A DNA stretch of 63,855 nt, counting the filler, from Sphacelaria rigidula (Eukaryota): the NCBI GenBank assembly GCA_964200075.2. It is 8 parts of 8 records of this genome, joined end to end, with 100 filler letters (N's around TTAATTAATTAA, not from the genome) between each part and the next. Parts side by side here need not be neighbours in the genome. Positions count along the whole stretch, not along the records: positions 1 to 7,895 come from CAXNAA020013069.1; positions 7,996 to 15,890 come from CAXNAA020013070.1; 6 more parts are not named here. The stretch is one strand, 5' to 3'. Both the position numbers and the translations under genes were made by a program. A model generated the notes under the pieces. The model was not told the DNA's origin and searched no databases. It saw only the letters and a list, made by a program, of their open reading frames with translations. Position 1 is the stretch's first letter, and every line of letters starts with the position of its first letter. This document shows positions 1-10,900 of the stretch, piece after piece.

Positions 1-1081
1 GTATCTTTTACTCGAACCGCACGACTCACACTACTTTGGAGACATTTTGAACGGTGCATTTCTCCACAAATGCGACCTGTGGGCCAGCGCGCAACATTTT
101 TCAACATTATTATGCCATTCCATTGAGACAACGGGTGACAGGAATGTTCCAACATGCTATACAAATAAACTTTTCGTCTCATTATCGGGACCGGCGCAGC
201 GAGACATGTTATGAATAAGACCTCACTCTCAATCGCACTTTCAACGCTCAATTTCACGGCAACATTGTTAGGTTTGCCGGCAGGAATTTGCACCAATGTG
301 CGAGGTAAGCGTTTTGTCCATTAATGACGCAGGCACACCCGGCCGCTGAAAGCCATGAAAAGCCTGCTCTCAATGGTATCGTAGACTCTCAATCTCACGA
401 AAACATTGTTCACCCCCATCCGCCATAATACCGACATCCTTCACTAGTTGGGGGTCAATTCATGTATATGCCTCCCTACCCTTCCCGTACGCGTCCACCA
501 TCTGCCGTTTGTCATGCCAGTGACGGCTGTGCGTGCTCGGGCGGAGATGGGTGCTGGGGTCCACTCCGTTAAAGCTCTCCCGGTTCTTTCCCCCAAGCCT
601 CCGGAGTTGAGCACCGATGATGATGGCAAAGTTGAGGGGTCCGAGATCTCGGTTAAGTTACCTACGGAGGGATTCGTGCAACAGCCACACCCTTTCAATG
701 GGTCTACCGCGTGGACGGTATTTGAACCCGATACAGCCCACGAGGCGAATACAGACGATCATCGAAGTTGAGGATGGAGCTCTACATTGAGGAGGGCCCG
801 GAGGGTTCAAAACTTCGTATCTACACCAAAACGTCGAAATATGGTTTTATTCCTTCATCTCTGTTTGTGTCATCCCACCTTTTCTGGACGCCAGTCTTCA
901 CCTTTCAACAGCCTGGATGAAGAGGCGAGGTTCAGTATTTCATACCGAGGTTCAACAGATTGACGGCCGGAACATTTGTTTGCCCGAATAGTTACAACTA
1001 TCTGGGGTTTGGTGGTCGACCAATATATGGCGCGGGCCTCGGGTGCCCTTGGAAACTGGGGAGATAGAGCATCCCCCTCAA

Positions 1082-1179
1082 TCCTTAGACCGCGAGGTTG
1101 GTCTTCTGTTGAATCGGCATCAATTTCAAGTGAAAAAAGGAATGCATGATCCAGAGAGACTAATTACGCGGTCTAAGGG
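1082..1179. mobile_element. ~100-bp piggyBac-like MITE
   Basis: TIRs CCTTAGACCGCG / CGCGGTCTAAGGG followed by TTAA; internal core (tgttgaatcggcatcaat) is the reverse complement of the core in the copies at 57799-59091. Confidence 0.6.
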
Positions 1180-1626
1180 TTAACCGGCCGATGCCTGGCA
1201 CGCTATTTGATACGGTGTGATCACGCGTACCGACTATGGCTGGTGATGTGGCAACACAATGATGAGTATGATAACACTATGAATCATTCCGTGTAACTTT
1301 GAAGTGTATAATCCCCCTCTTGCATGCCAGAACGATGAACGATGTTCAACAACAAGGAGAAAGTACAAGACAAATGTGGCGCAACGCAAATCCAAGCCAG
1401 ATCGAGCGTAACATGCGCATTTGTGCATGTATGTGTTCATCTTTGCTACTTTATTCCCTACTACACGCCTAAACATACCCAGGGTGGGTGAGTAGGAAAA
1501 AGAAATAGACCAAACTAAGCCGCCACACCGTCTTCCCCCCTCGCCTCAAGCTCAAAATCGCAACCTCTATGACTGACCTGCAAGTATCTTATGCATCTCA
1601 CGTTCTACAAACGCCCTCACATTAGC

Positions 1627-1883
1627 GAGCAATGCTACGGTGGCGGTGCATTTCTTGCGCGAAATCTTGTCTGGCTCAGGGGCTCCCAAAGATCCTAAAT
1701 ACACAAGAATATGGCTCAGGCCACCCCCGTTTGCAAGTTCATTTGCGATGTCTCTGGCACATTGGAATAGTAATCCTGGCATGCTCTCACATATCTCATC
1801 AATCGTGTTTTGGATGAGATGGAGGGCTTCTAACATTTTCAACCTCAACAAATATTTCTGCACCCCCTACCGTAGCATCCCTC
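1627..1883. mobile_element. Sola2-like MITE (GAG...CTC termini)
   Basis: TIRs GAGCAATGCTACGGTGGCGGTGCA / TGCACCCCCTACCGTAGCATCCCTC; flanks tagc/aagc (4-bp TSD with 1 mismatch); relatives at 19675, 38024, 44078, 61920, 62187. Confidence 0.7.
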
Positions 1884-2232
1884 AAGCCTGGATTGCTCTC
1901 ACTCGTACCCATTCCGCAGATTCCGCTACTCTTCGATCTTTCACGTTTCAGGATCATGCTGCTGTCCAACAGCTTCATGTTGATTTCCGGAAAATAAGGT
2001 TTCTGTGGGCAGGCGAAGGCCTTGCATCAAATTAAGAAATTGAGGATCGCAGTTTGTGACCTTCAGTGTAACGGCGTTGTGTGTTGACCCGCTTCTGGAA
2101 TGATATGTTTTTTCAACAATAATAATTGCACAGCAACATCGATATGTCATGAGGAAGGAATATAGAGAGGCATTATTTGTTCCCTCAGACACTTTTGGGG
2201 CAGGTTGGCTCACAGATCACTCGATCCAGCCA

Positions 2233-2492
2233 TGGGAATGCTCCCAAAGTTCTGGGGAAGGTTGATGTACAGGCTGCGTTCTAGGGAAGATTGATGCACA
2301 GGCTGATATATTCTAGCTGGGGAAGATTAGTGTGCAGGCTGACATGCCCTGGCCCCGAGGAGGCAAACGCCTTCTCGGGCCGAGTTCAGATAGGTTGCGT
2401 CGCATGTACCTCATGCATCCTCGCTTACTCTTGAGCTACCCTTCGAGCCGGACCATCTGCTCCTACTGTTTACCATTGGTGAGAACAGTGTG
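2233..2492 (+). mobile_element. Putative 5' LTR (2233-2475) plus tRNA-Leu-like PBS (2477-2492)
   Basis: TGGGAA...TTACCA ends, three internal gggaag-ttgatg-caggctg repeats, then TGGTGAGAACAGTGTG resembling Leu-type PBSs; the second LTR is not in the contig, so boundaries are tentative. Confidence 0.4.
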
Positions 2493-4934
2493 CTGGGCGA
2501 TCAAGGGGATAATCAGTGAGAGTTAAAACGATATCAAGCTTTTGAGCTCCTCTTGTTTGTTGTTGCTGTGACCAACAGTCACGTGAATCTGTACGTGTGC
2601 ATTTGCAGCTTGTTTTACTCGGACACCTGGTGCGTTTGCGCACCTACTCAAGCTTGCAGCACACTGATCATAGCTAGGAAGGTGTGGACCCCTGTTTCTA
2701 CCTTCATCTATATCACACTGGCATTCGACGAATTGGCCGTGTTTTGCTTGGGTTTTCAGTAGCCCACGCGTATTATCATAGCCTTGCCGCGTTGTGGAGC
2801 TGTCCCTTTCTGTAGCCCCGTTTGCTGCTTCTCACTTTTGGTTCATCTGTATTTTGATCCCCCCCGGTTAGTAGCACTTCCAACAGTCCTTCGTTTTCGT
2901 TTAGCTTTTAGAGTGCTTTTGTTTCCCTGTACTACAGTGCTGCCTCCCTGCATTTCTTTCCGTTACATTCCCGCCGCAGCAGCAGCGATTGCAACCTGCC
3001 ATTTGCCCCTCTCTTGTTTGGGTCGCTCCTTTGGTTGGGCGACACCCTTGCTTTGTAGTGCCCTTGTTCTGTTGTCATCGTCCTTCTCAACCCCGCCCAA
3101 CGTTGTGCCAACTGGGTTGTTGTACAACCTTTACGAACAGTTGAACCTATCCCTTACTGAACCGATACAGAACACGCCGCTTCTCTCTTACGGTGACATC
3201 GACTGTACCGTTTCTCCTTGCGGACGTTGCCACTTGTGTGCCGCTGCTGTGCTTATAGTGTGGTGTCCTTTTACTCTTGACACTGACTACTTGAGTGTAT
3301 TCATTCTTTTCGGCGCGACAATTGCGTAGCCATAACTACCGCAGCACGGTTGTGGTAGTCGCGACTACCGCTCCAGCGTGTAGAGTACTGTCGCGCACAC
3401 CATTTATTTGTTCTTCCGCGCGATCATCTGCACCAACCTAATCGATACATTCGGTGCTGTCATCTTTCGCCGCATCTTTCACCAGGTTTTGTATCACACC
3501 TCCGCCCCGCTACTACATTTTTCGCTGGGTGAGCACTACGTGGTCAATTTTTCACCTTTAGGTCGCGCATTCCCCAACGCGCTCTTCATTTTTTGTGCGA
3601 GTACTGGTGAATACATATATATATATAAATATGTACATATATATATGTATATATATTCTATCTTTCGCGCGGGTACTGCATACACGTTTTCTTCTCTTTT
3701 CCTTTTAGCCGTGGACAGCGTGTTCCACTTTTTTCCTCTTTGGTGCTCCACCACCTGGATCCCTTTACATTTCCCTGAATTCTTGTTCGAAATGTTTCGC
3801 ATTCCCCTGTAGCCTTTCAGCTTGGCACCTGACCTGTACCAACAACTTGTGTTTCAGTCGCCTGCTACAGCTGCCTTCTCTTGGACCCCTGCACTTGAGT
3901 TCTCTGTTTGACACCATCGTAGCCGCACTTTTAATTCTCTTTCTTGACTTTCACAGATACTTACCCATCGCCACCCTTCTTAGCAACGTATTCTACGTTA
4001 GTATTGGTGCCTCCTTCGGCGGTCTCGAGTGGTGTTTTTCTACACCTCCTGTGTGCGGTATTTTACTTGCACCACTGCAATACCCTTCTCCAGCGTGTGC
4101 CTGACCACTACGTATACCTGTCATCTTTGCCGTGCACAGCGCGCCCGTAGGACATTTGCCCGAGTGTCTGTCTCCTTTCACAGTCGCCTCATTGTTAGGT
4201 TTTACTCTCGCACCAAACCCCTCGTGCGACCACTATTAGGGCTATCTGGGTATATCTGTGAGTTTGTTCCCTCGCGACTATTTACGCCTTAGTACACTCT
4301 CCGTGCGCCCCCCCCTTACTCCGCCATATACAGTTTTCTCTAGAGGTGTCTTATTTCCGCACAGATTCTCCCTTTTCGGCGCTTAATAATCTCCACTTTT
4401 TTGCGCTGCTGTCTGCCTTTTGGTACTTGGGATTGCCGTGATTGCGCTGATTGTTATTATCACAGCAGTCTACTCTAGTTTGGTGTAACTCCGTTTCTAA
4501 AATTCTGTTGTCTTTACTGCTTAATTTTTTTTTTCGGTACTTACAATCTCCTGCCGAGTCTACACTACCTGCTATTATTATACCAGAACCCTTGCACTCT
4601 GGTGTCTTACGTCTATTTCTACCCCTTCACCTTAATATGGCGCAACCGCAGAAAATACCTTTCCCCTCGGTCTTGCCTACTTACGAATCTTTACGCCATC
4701 AGCGTTTGCTTTCATCAATTCCTTCAAAACCAAAACCCTTCACTATTACTTCCCCTGTACACGAAGAAATGAAATCCGACAGAGCTTCGACTCGCAGCTC
4801 TGGCGACTACGCGTCTCAAGAACTTAGCTGCTGCTGGTGCCCACAATCGCTATCTGTTCAAGACTCCCGGCAATATCGACGAGTCGCTTCGCGCTCGCTC
4901 TGTCGCGGATCGTACACTGTCCAAGACTTCCAAC

Positions 4935-7895
4935 ATGGTCGACGAGTCGTTACGCGCTCGCTCTGTTGTGCAACGGGCTCAGTCTCACGGCTCCCACATG
5001 TCTGAGGAGTCGCCACGCGTCGCCACTGTTGTGGACCGCCACCCGCTTCAGGCTTCTACAGCGGTTGTTGACTCACCCCGCGCTCGCGATGTTGAGGGTT
5101 ACGACGTCTCCCAGCGCCAACGCCGACAAGACAGGTATCGTGAGGACATTTCTGTTCACCGCACCTCGCGCCGACCATCCTCCTCGCGCCGTGCCCGTTC
5201 TGCAGCGCCTTCCACAGAGCACTTGCCTTTAGTGACGGCCCTGGAGCACTTGCTTCGTTCGTCACCGACTGTCATTTCTGACGGTCCGGCGACCACGGCC
5301 CTTTCACAAGCGCTTGCGGCCGCGTTTCACACAGCCGTTGACCATTCAACGCCTTCTGATCATGTTCGCCTTGACAGTAATATGAACCATCAAGCCTCTG
5401 CGCCACTGGCTGCCGACTCTGATGATGTACGTTCAACCTCAGATGCTGTTTCTGATTTTGATTTGGACCATGACGACCTTGTTCACCACGGTGATACCAC
5501 TACTCATGCCCATGATGTACGTGCACTGTTATCGGGACTATCTTCAACTACGGCATCTTCACGGCCTAAATCTGTCAATCAGACATATGTAAGGTCACGA
5601 CTACCTGTTGATGCTTTGCTGGCTAATATCCACGCACCTTTGCGCGGCGAACACAGCACTCACCGTGCCCTTCCGCCCCATCCTGATGCTGCCACTGTGC
5701 GTGCTGTCGAACGACAAATTGCAGATCTTCGTCGCTACTTACGTTCCGCTGCAACTATGGCGAATGCTCCTGCACCTTCGACTACTGCGCCAATCGCAGC
5801 CACTGCCCCTGCTACAGCAGCCGACATTGACACGGATGCCGAGAGCACCCGTGTCACGCCCCTCGCTCCCCGTGCGGCGCCCCCCGCGGATTCCGCCACG
5901 GTGGATCACGGCCGCGCCCCTGTCACGGCCGCCTCGGCGACATCGGCCCTTTCGCCACCAAACCCTACTGCCTCACACACGGCTCCGGCGCCTGCCCCCG
6001 AGCCCCACACGGACGATCGCCCCCTGCTAGGCGTCGAGCATTGCCCGTCGGACCTTCCGCCCCGGCTCTGGCTTCATGGCACCCGCGCCGACCAGGAACT
6101 CATTTTGACTGAATACCAAGGTTTCGAACCAGCCACGACCCTGGTGCCAACTTCGCCCCGACAACCGGTGGACAACGCTGCTCCCCGTCACCTTCCGGAC
6201 GACCTCGCGGAACGACTGGCGCTCCAACGCCAGGTCGTTGCTTCGGCATCCAGCCGTCAGCGGGCGGCTCAACGTACCCTCGATGAACGCCTCGCTACGC
6301 TCGGCCAGGTACAGGATTCCGTATGCCGCGATGAACATCGTCTCCGTCAATGCGAAACTGCGACCCAAACTGCGACTACGGCTCTCCGTTCCATGGAATA
6401 GGAACACCATCTTCCTCTGCTCCGGACCACGCCGGCAGAGCCTGCACCTGCCGCCGCTATTTCTCGCTCTCGAACCGACCGCGAACCTTCGCGCTCACGC
6501 GCTGCTGCCGCGGCTCCTGCGGCCTCGCCCGCGCTTCCCCCGCCTGCACCACTGCAAGCCCCTCGAGGTTCGGCGCCCCCCGCTGCCTCGTCTGGGCTGC
6601 ACCTGCAGAGTAGCGAACGGGTTTGGTTCGGTTGGACGCTCCGCCAACTTTCGGCGGAGTACAATAGCAACAACGTACTCCGCGCCTCTGAGCAGGCTTG
6701 GAGCTCCCTTCTCCTGGCCGTCACCTGTGTCATCGTCCCCTTCCTCTAACAAGGTGGATAGCTCCCGCGCAACGACCCCGGCGCTCTCACCATTGAACGG
6801 ATCGTGTTTTATCTCACGATTGGTACCGGGGACACTCGTTCTCAATATGAGACCGCCGTTGCCGCCCTCTTCGCCGCCATGCGGGCAGCCCGCAACACAC
6901 TGCCGCCCGACAAGGATGGAGCTTGGATCACCCCGCACCCCCCTCGCCGTCGTCATGATGATGATGACTCTGACGACGACCCTTCCGGGGCTGCCCCACG
7001 CCGTGGGCACGGGCGCCACCGTCTTACCAACAACAATCGACGATCGACTCGCGGCACTCACAAATGGGCTGGTAACCAGTCTTCGGGTTCGTCGACTGCA
7101 CGACACCGCCACCACGCTTCAACGCGGACCGACCGGCCCCCCTCGGCCGTCAGGCAAGTAACGCCTCCTTTGGCTGATGCGTCTGCTCGCATCTTAGGTC
7201 TCACGGATGGTGACAGTGATAATTCGGCTCGCCCATTGTCTTCCAACTCGGCTCGGTCACTAGCTGCCGCCGCCGCTGCTAAACAACAAGCTGCGGCTGA
7301 CAAAGCCGCTGCTGATACTTGTAGAGAAGCTTCTCATGTCGCCGCGATCAAGCGCGAATATTTGCAGATGGATGTTAAGAAATTATGGCATATCAAAAGC
7401 ATCCCTGCTGCAGACAATGAGGACTCTGCCCAGTTTACGTCCGCTCTCATTTCCTCAATGCGTCGAACGATGCGCAATATTCTTGAGTTGGCCGATGCAA
7501 CCAGTCAACAACGTTTCGAAGACTCTGACTGGATCGATGGCTGGCAAACACCGCTGCACGAGGCTTTGCACCGCTCAATCAGCCGTCGCTCCCCCGACGT
7601 TGTTGCCTCTTTGACGCAGATTCTCGATTTCTTCTTCGCCGCCGTGGACCAAGATCGTGCCAGTGGGCAACCAGCGCCGTTACTATTCAGCAATTTGGAA
7701 AGACGTTTCATAGTGTACTTCGATAAGTGTGATCAGGCAGGCGCCATCAAACGCCTGAGTTCCTTCGCCGTCGCGACAGACGTGCCCTTTGCTGACTACC
7801 TCCGCGAGTTCAAGCTTTTAGTGTCGAGTGTGACTGGTACCGGGCGACAGAATGGCCCTAGTGATGCTATGTGTCAGACATACGTTCGCAATAGT
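4935..7895 (+). pseudogene. Disrupted gag-like ORF of a retroelement, truncated by the contig end
   Basis: ORFs 4935-6401 and 6804-7895 share a frame and are joined across only three stops (TAG 6399, TAA 6747, TAG 6759); Pro/Ala/Arg-rich N-terminal part, helical C-terminal part ending in a gag-like FADYLREFKLLVSSV segment; no introns seen. Confidence 0.55.
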
Positions 7896-7995
7896 NNNNN
7901 NNNNNNNNNNNNNNNNNNNNNNNNNNNNNNNNNNNNNNNTTAATTAATTAANNNNNNNNNNNNNNNNNNNNNNNNNNNNNNNNNNNNNNNNNNNN
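7896..7995. other. Artificial contig linker (N44-TTAATTAATTAA-N44)
   Basis: 100-bp N block around a six-frame stop cassette; identical linkers recur about every 7995 bp. Confidence 0.98.
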
Positions 7996-10900
7996 CACCA
8001 GAGAGAGAAGCTACGACAGAGAGGAAGCTCCTCGCCCGTGTCCTTTGCGTGTCCTCGCTCGAGAGACGCGCATCATCGATGTTACTAGCATGTACCCAAT
8101 TTTCCATGTTGTGCCTAAAGACCGAGTTGCGGAGAGATTTCGTCTCTCTGTGCTTGCTTAATGCAAAGATCAATTACTCTCTGCCTCTCTTTTTGGACAA
8201 GACGCGCGAATGTGCACTGAAGAACATGTCGTTGAAAAACAGGGAAATGTTCCCGTCACCGCTACTACTGTACTCTGTCCCACACATGCCAGCAAGGGCG
8301 GTGCTGCGGCAATAACAGGTAGATCCAATCTGAACTGGGGGGATGTTATTCATCGTTGATTTGCGCCTACCTCCCCAAGCCGGGCGCGCGAGCAGAAGGG
8401 CGTGCCACACGCCAGTTTAGGCGGGTGTATGGGAGATCAAAAACTTGTAGAGATCTTTTTGACATGCAGAGTGAAAAAAAAACCTATGGTGGTGACCTAA
8501 CTGTTGCCAGCGTGGCGCATAGGCAATCTGCAGCACACACACGGTGGTCGCGTGAACAGCTCGGTACAGCACGAGTGCCTTCCCACAAGTAATAAACATT
8601 CCGATGCCAGGAGGTCATGGATTATCACAACTTGGGAGGAGAGACGAGAGTGATCTACGATCAACCGCAGGTCATTGCATTCGAGACCCACGCCATCAAC
8701 CGCCGACAGCAAGGGTCTTGTGGCTTTCACGCGACGCTGTCGGCAGTACGGCAGGCAAATCGGATCATAGCTACCTTCCGTCTGCGCAGTGGTGGTCACG
8801 CTAACAAACTGCACCGACTTTGCAAGACCTGTGAAAGCTAGAGAGTTTGATTTTCATGAGCTGCATGCACAAAATTGAAACGGTTCTGAAAACCTGAGGG
8901 AAGATGGCCGCTTCGGGTCCAGTCAAACGTCCGAAGAAACTGTCGAACAGCAATACGAAACTTTTCCGGCATCGCCATCGGACAGTGCTCGAACAACGGA
9001 ACAGAAACCGACAAGTTACCGTTCGTATTGGAAAACAATGCGATTGGAACACTTTGCAGCTTCGAAGACACAGATTTTGATGGAAATAAACTTCTCCGGG
9101 CCCCCATGTGTGTTGTACCCGCCTGAAAAGTCTTTCCTTGTTCATCGATGCCTGGCTGGGGGACAGGGAAGCACCTCCTGCAGGAATTCCAGAGCTCCAC
9201 ACGACATTGTCCTCCACTGCAAATGTTCCGGTGAGGAGAGCCTGCAATCCGGAAGGAAGGAACGTATATTGAGTCAAGGTTAATGGATTTCAGGTACTTC
9301 TTTTGTTTGTCTGAAGTCATTGGGGGCCCTGAACGTGGTGCTATCGGCGGGGGGTCGGGTTTTCGGCGAGAAATGAGGTCGGGAGTCGCGTGGCGGCGAG
9401 TGCATATCGGTGCAGTAGTCTAGTGCGGGGCGATGTTGTGTTTGTACGGGCGGAACGGGTGTTTGTCTCGCTTTAGGCCGGGTTGTGTGCACGGTGGAGT
9501 CTTGCGGCGTGGCGGGGGGAAGAGGGTGCGCGGGGGGGGGGCGGCGGGGGGCGCGAAATTGTGGCGAACAGATGAGGTAGACGGCACAGAACATGGGGGG
9601 TGTTCAACCCCGTCATACTGTTGGGTCTGGTTATCGTGCATTATGAGGAGCGTAACACTGTAGAGACGGGGGAGTGTGTGCCGGGATCCCTAAGTATAGT
9701 TCAGCTGGGGGTGTCGGCGCGAGGTTGACGTGTGATTACCGCCGTGGCGCGCGGTATTTCGGGTTTGGAGCTCCCGCGTGTGTCTGTTCGGGTGTGGTCA
9801 TACGCGTGTCAGCCATTCCTTGTGCCCGCGTTTGCTGTTTGCGGGTCGCAACTGTCGATGTTGTGTGTGCGGGGATGTGCGGAGGGTTGTGGTCGCCGGC
9901 GCCGTAAGGGCGGGTGCAGCGACGGAATATGCGCGAGAGTGGAGGGCTGTGTGCGGCGTAAATGATGACCATTTTCTACAGAGGGGTGTTTTCTACCGTG
10001 ATGACATGGAGTTGCATTATGTAAGTACAGTTCAGTTCAATGCTGGACGTCTCAGCGGCGAGGTGGTGCATATGGAGTGAAGGTAAGGAGCGAAAGGCCA
10101 TTATGGGTAGTCGTGGTAGTGTCTGCCCTCGTATGCGACATACCCTAGTGCACGAGGCTACCGGCACAGTGCCGCATGTTGGCGCAGGCGAGGTGGGACG
10201 TGAGCAACCAGTACAGACGGCGATACGGCGGAACAGTTATGGGGGTTTTGTACCCGACGGCCGCTATTGGCCTGCAGGATCGATGGGGTGGACAGTTGAC
10301 AGGAAGGGTCGAACATACAGCCTGCTGTATGTCTCTGATATAGACCTGGGAGCGTACTCAACGCTAGGTTTTGCTGGGGTGGTATGCCTGACATCACGCT
10401 CATTATTCCGGCATGTGGCCAACGGTTTTAACCTCACAATGTAAGATGGCCGCCCCAAACACCTCCGGAATGCGGACTCTGTACACAGTATTATTTGCTT
10501 CCAACTGCCCAGTCCCGTTTCATAACTATCACAGTTCTTTGTTCAGCCGGCGTTTGCCGCCGAGGGTGTAGCCCCGAAACGTTAGCCATGCCGGCGAACA
10601 GAGAAGCACATGGCTAGGTGGGGTGATTCTTACCTCAAAAATCCCGCCGCTTGTCTGACACAGATGGATAGACCGGGTATGCGCCCGGATCTCGTGTTGC
10701 CAGCCGCAGCGGACGCGATTGGACTGTTTTTTTTTGCGTGTTATGCTGACACCACACACTGTGCCACAGAATACCGGCGACTGCACCTTCGGTCAAGCCT
10801 GCACCGTGGCGCACGTGCCTCCTGGAATCGTGAAACCCAAATAGAGCCAGCTGCCCTTGTGGGACCCCCTGCCAGCGGTAGCGTAACGGCTCTATTTTTG

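Noticed and set aside
1567..1863. Multi-copy protein family GAPEPDKISRKKCTATVALL (also at 44225 and 62142)
   Set aside because: It is a translation of a non-coding MITE end; the frame is not conserved beyond the TIR
2784..4450. Hydrophobic ORFs resembling membrane proteins
   Set aside because: A by-product of the T/C-rich leader; no splice structure or recognisable motif
6399..6761. Alternative genetic code (TAA/TAG read as Gln) suggested by TAR stops in gag frames
   Set aside because: The stops fit ordinary C-to-T decay in dead elements; the copia copy also has TGA stops and frameshifts; the host exons contain no in-frame TAR
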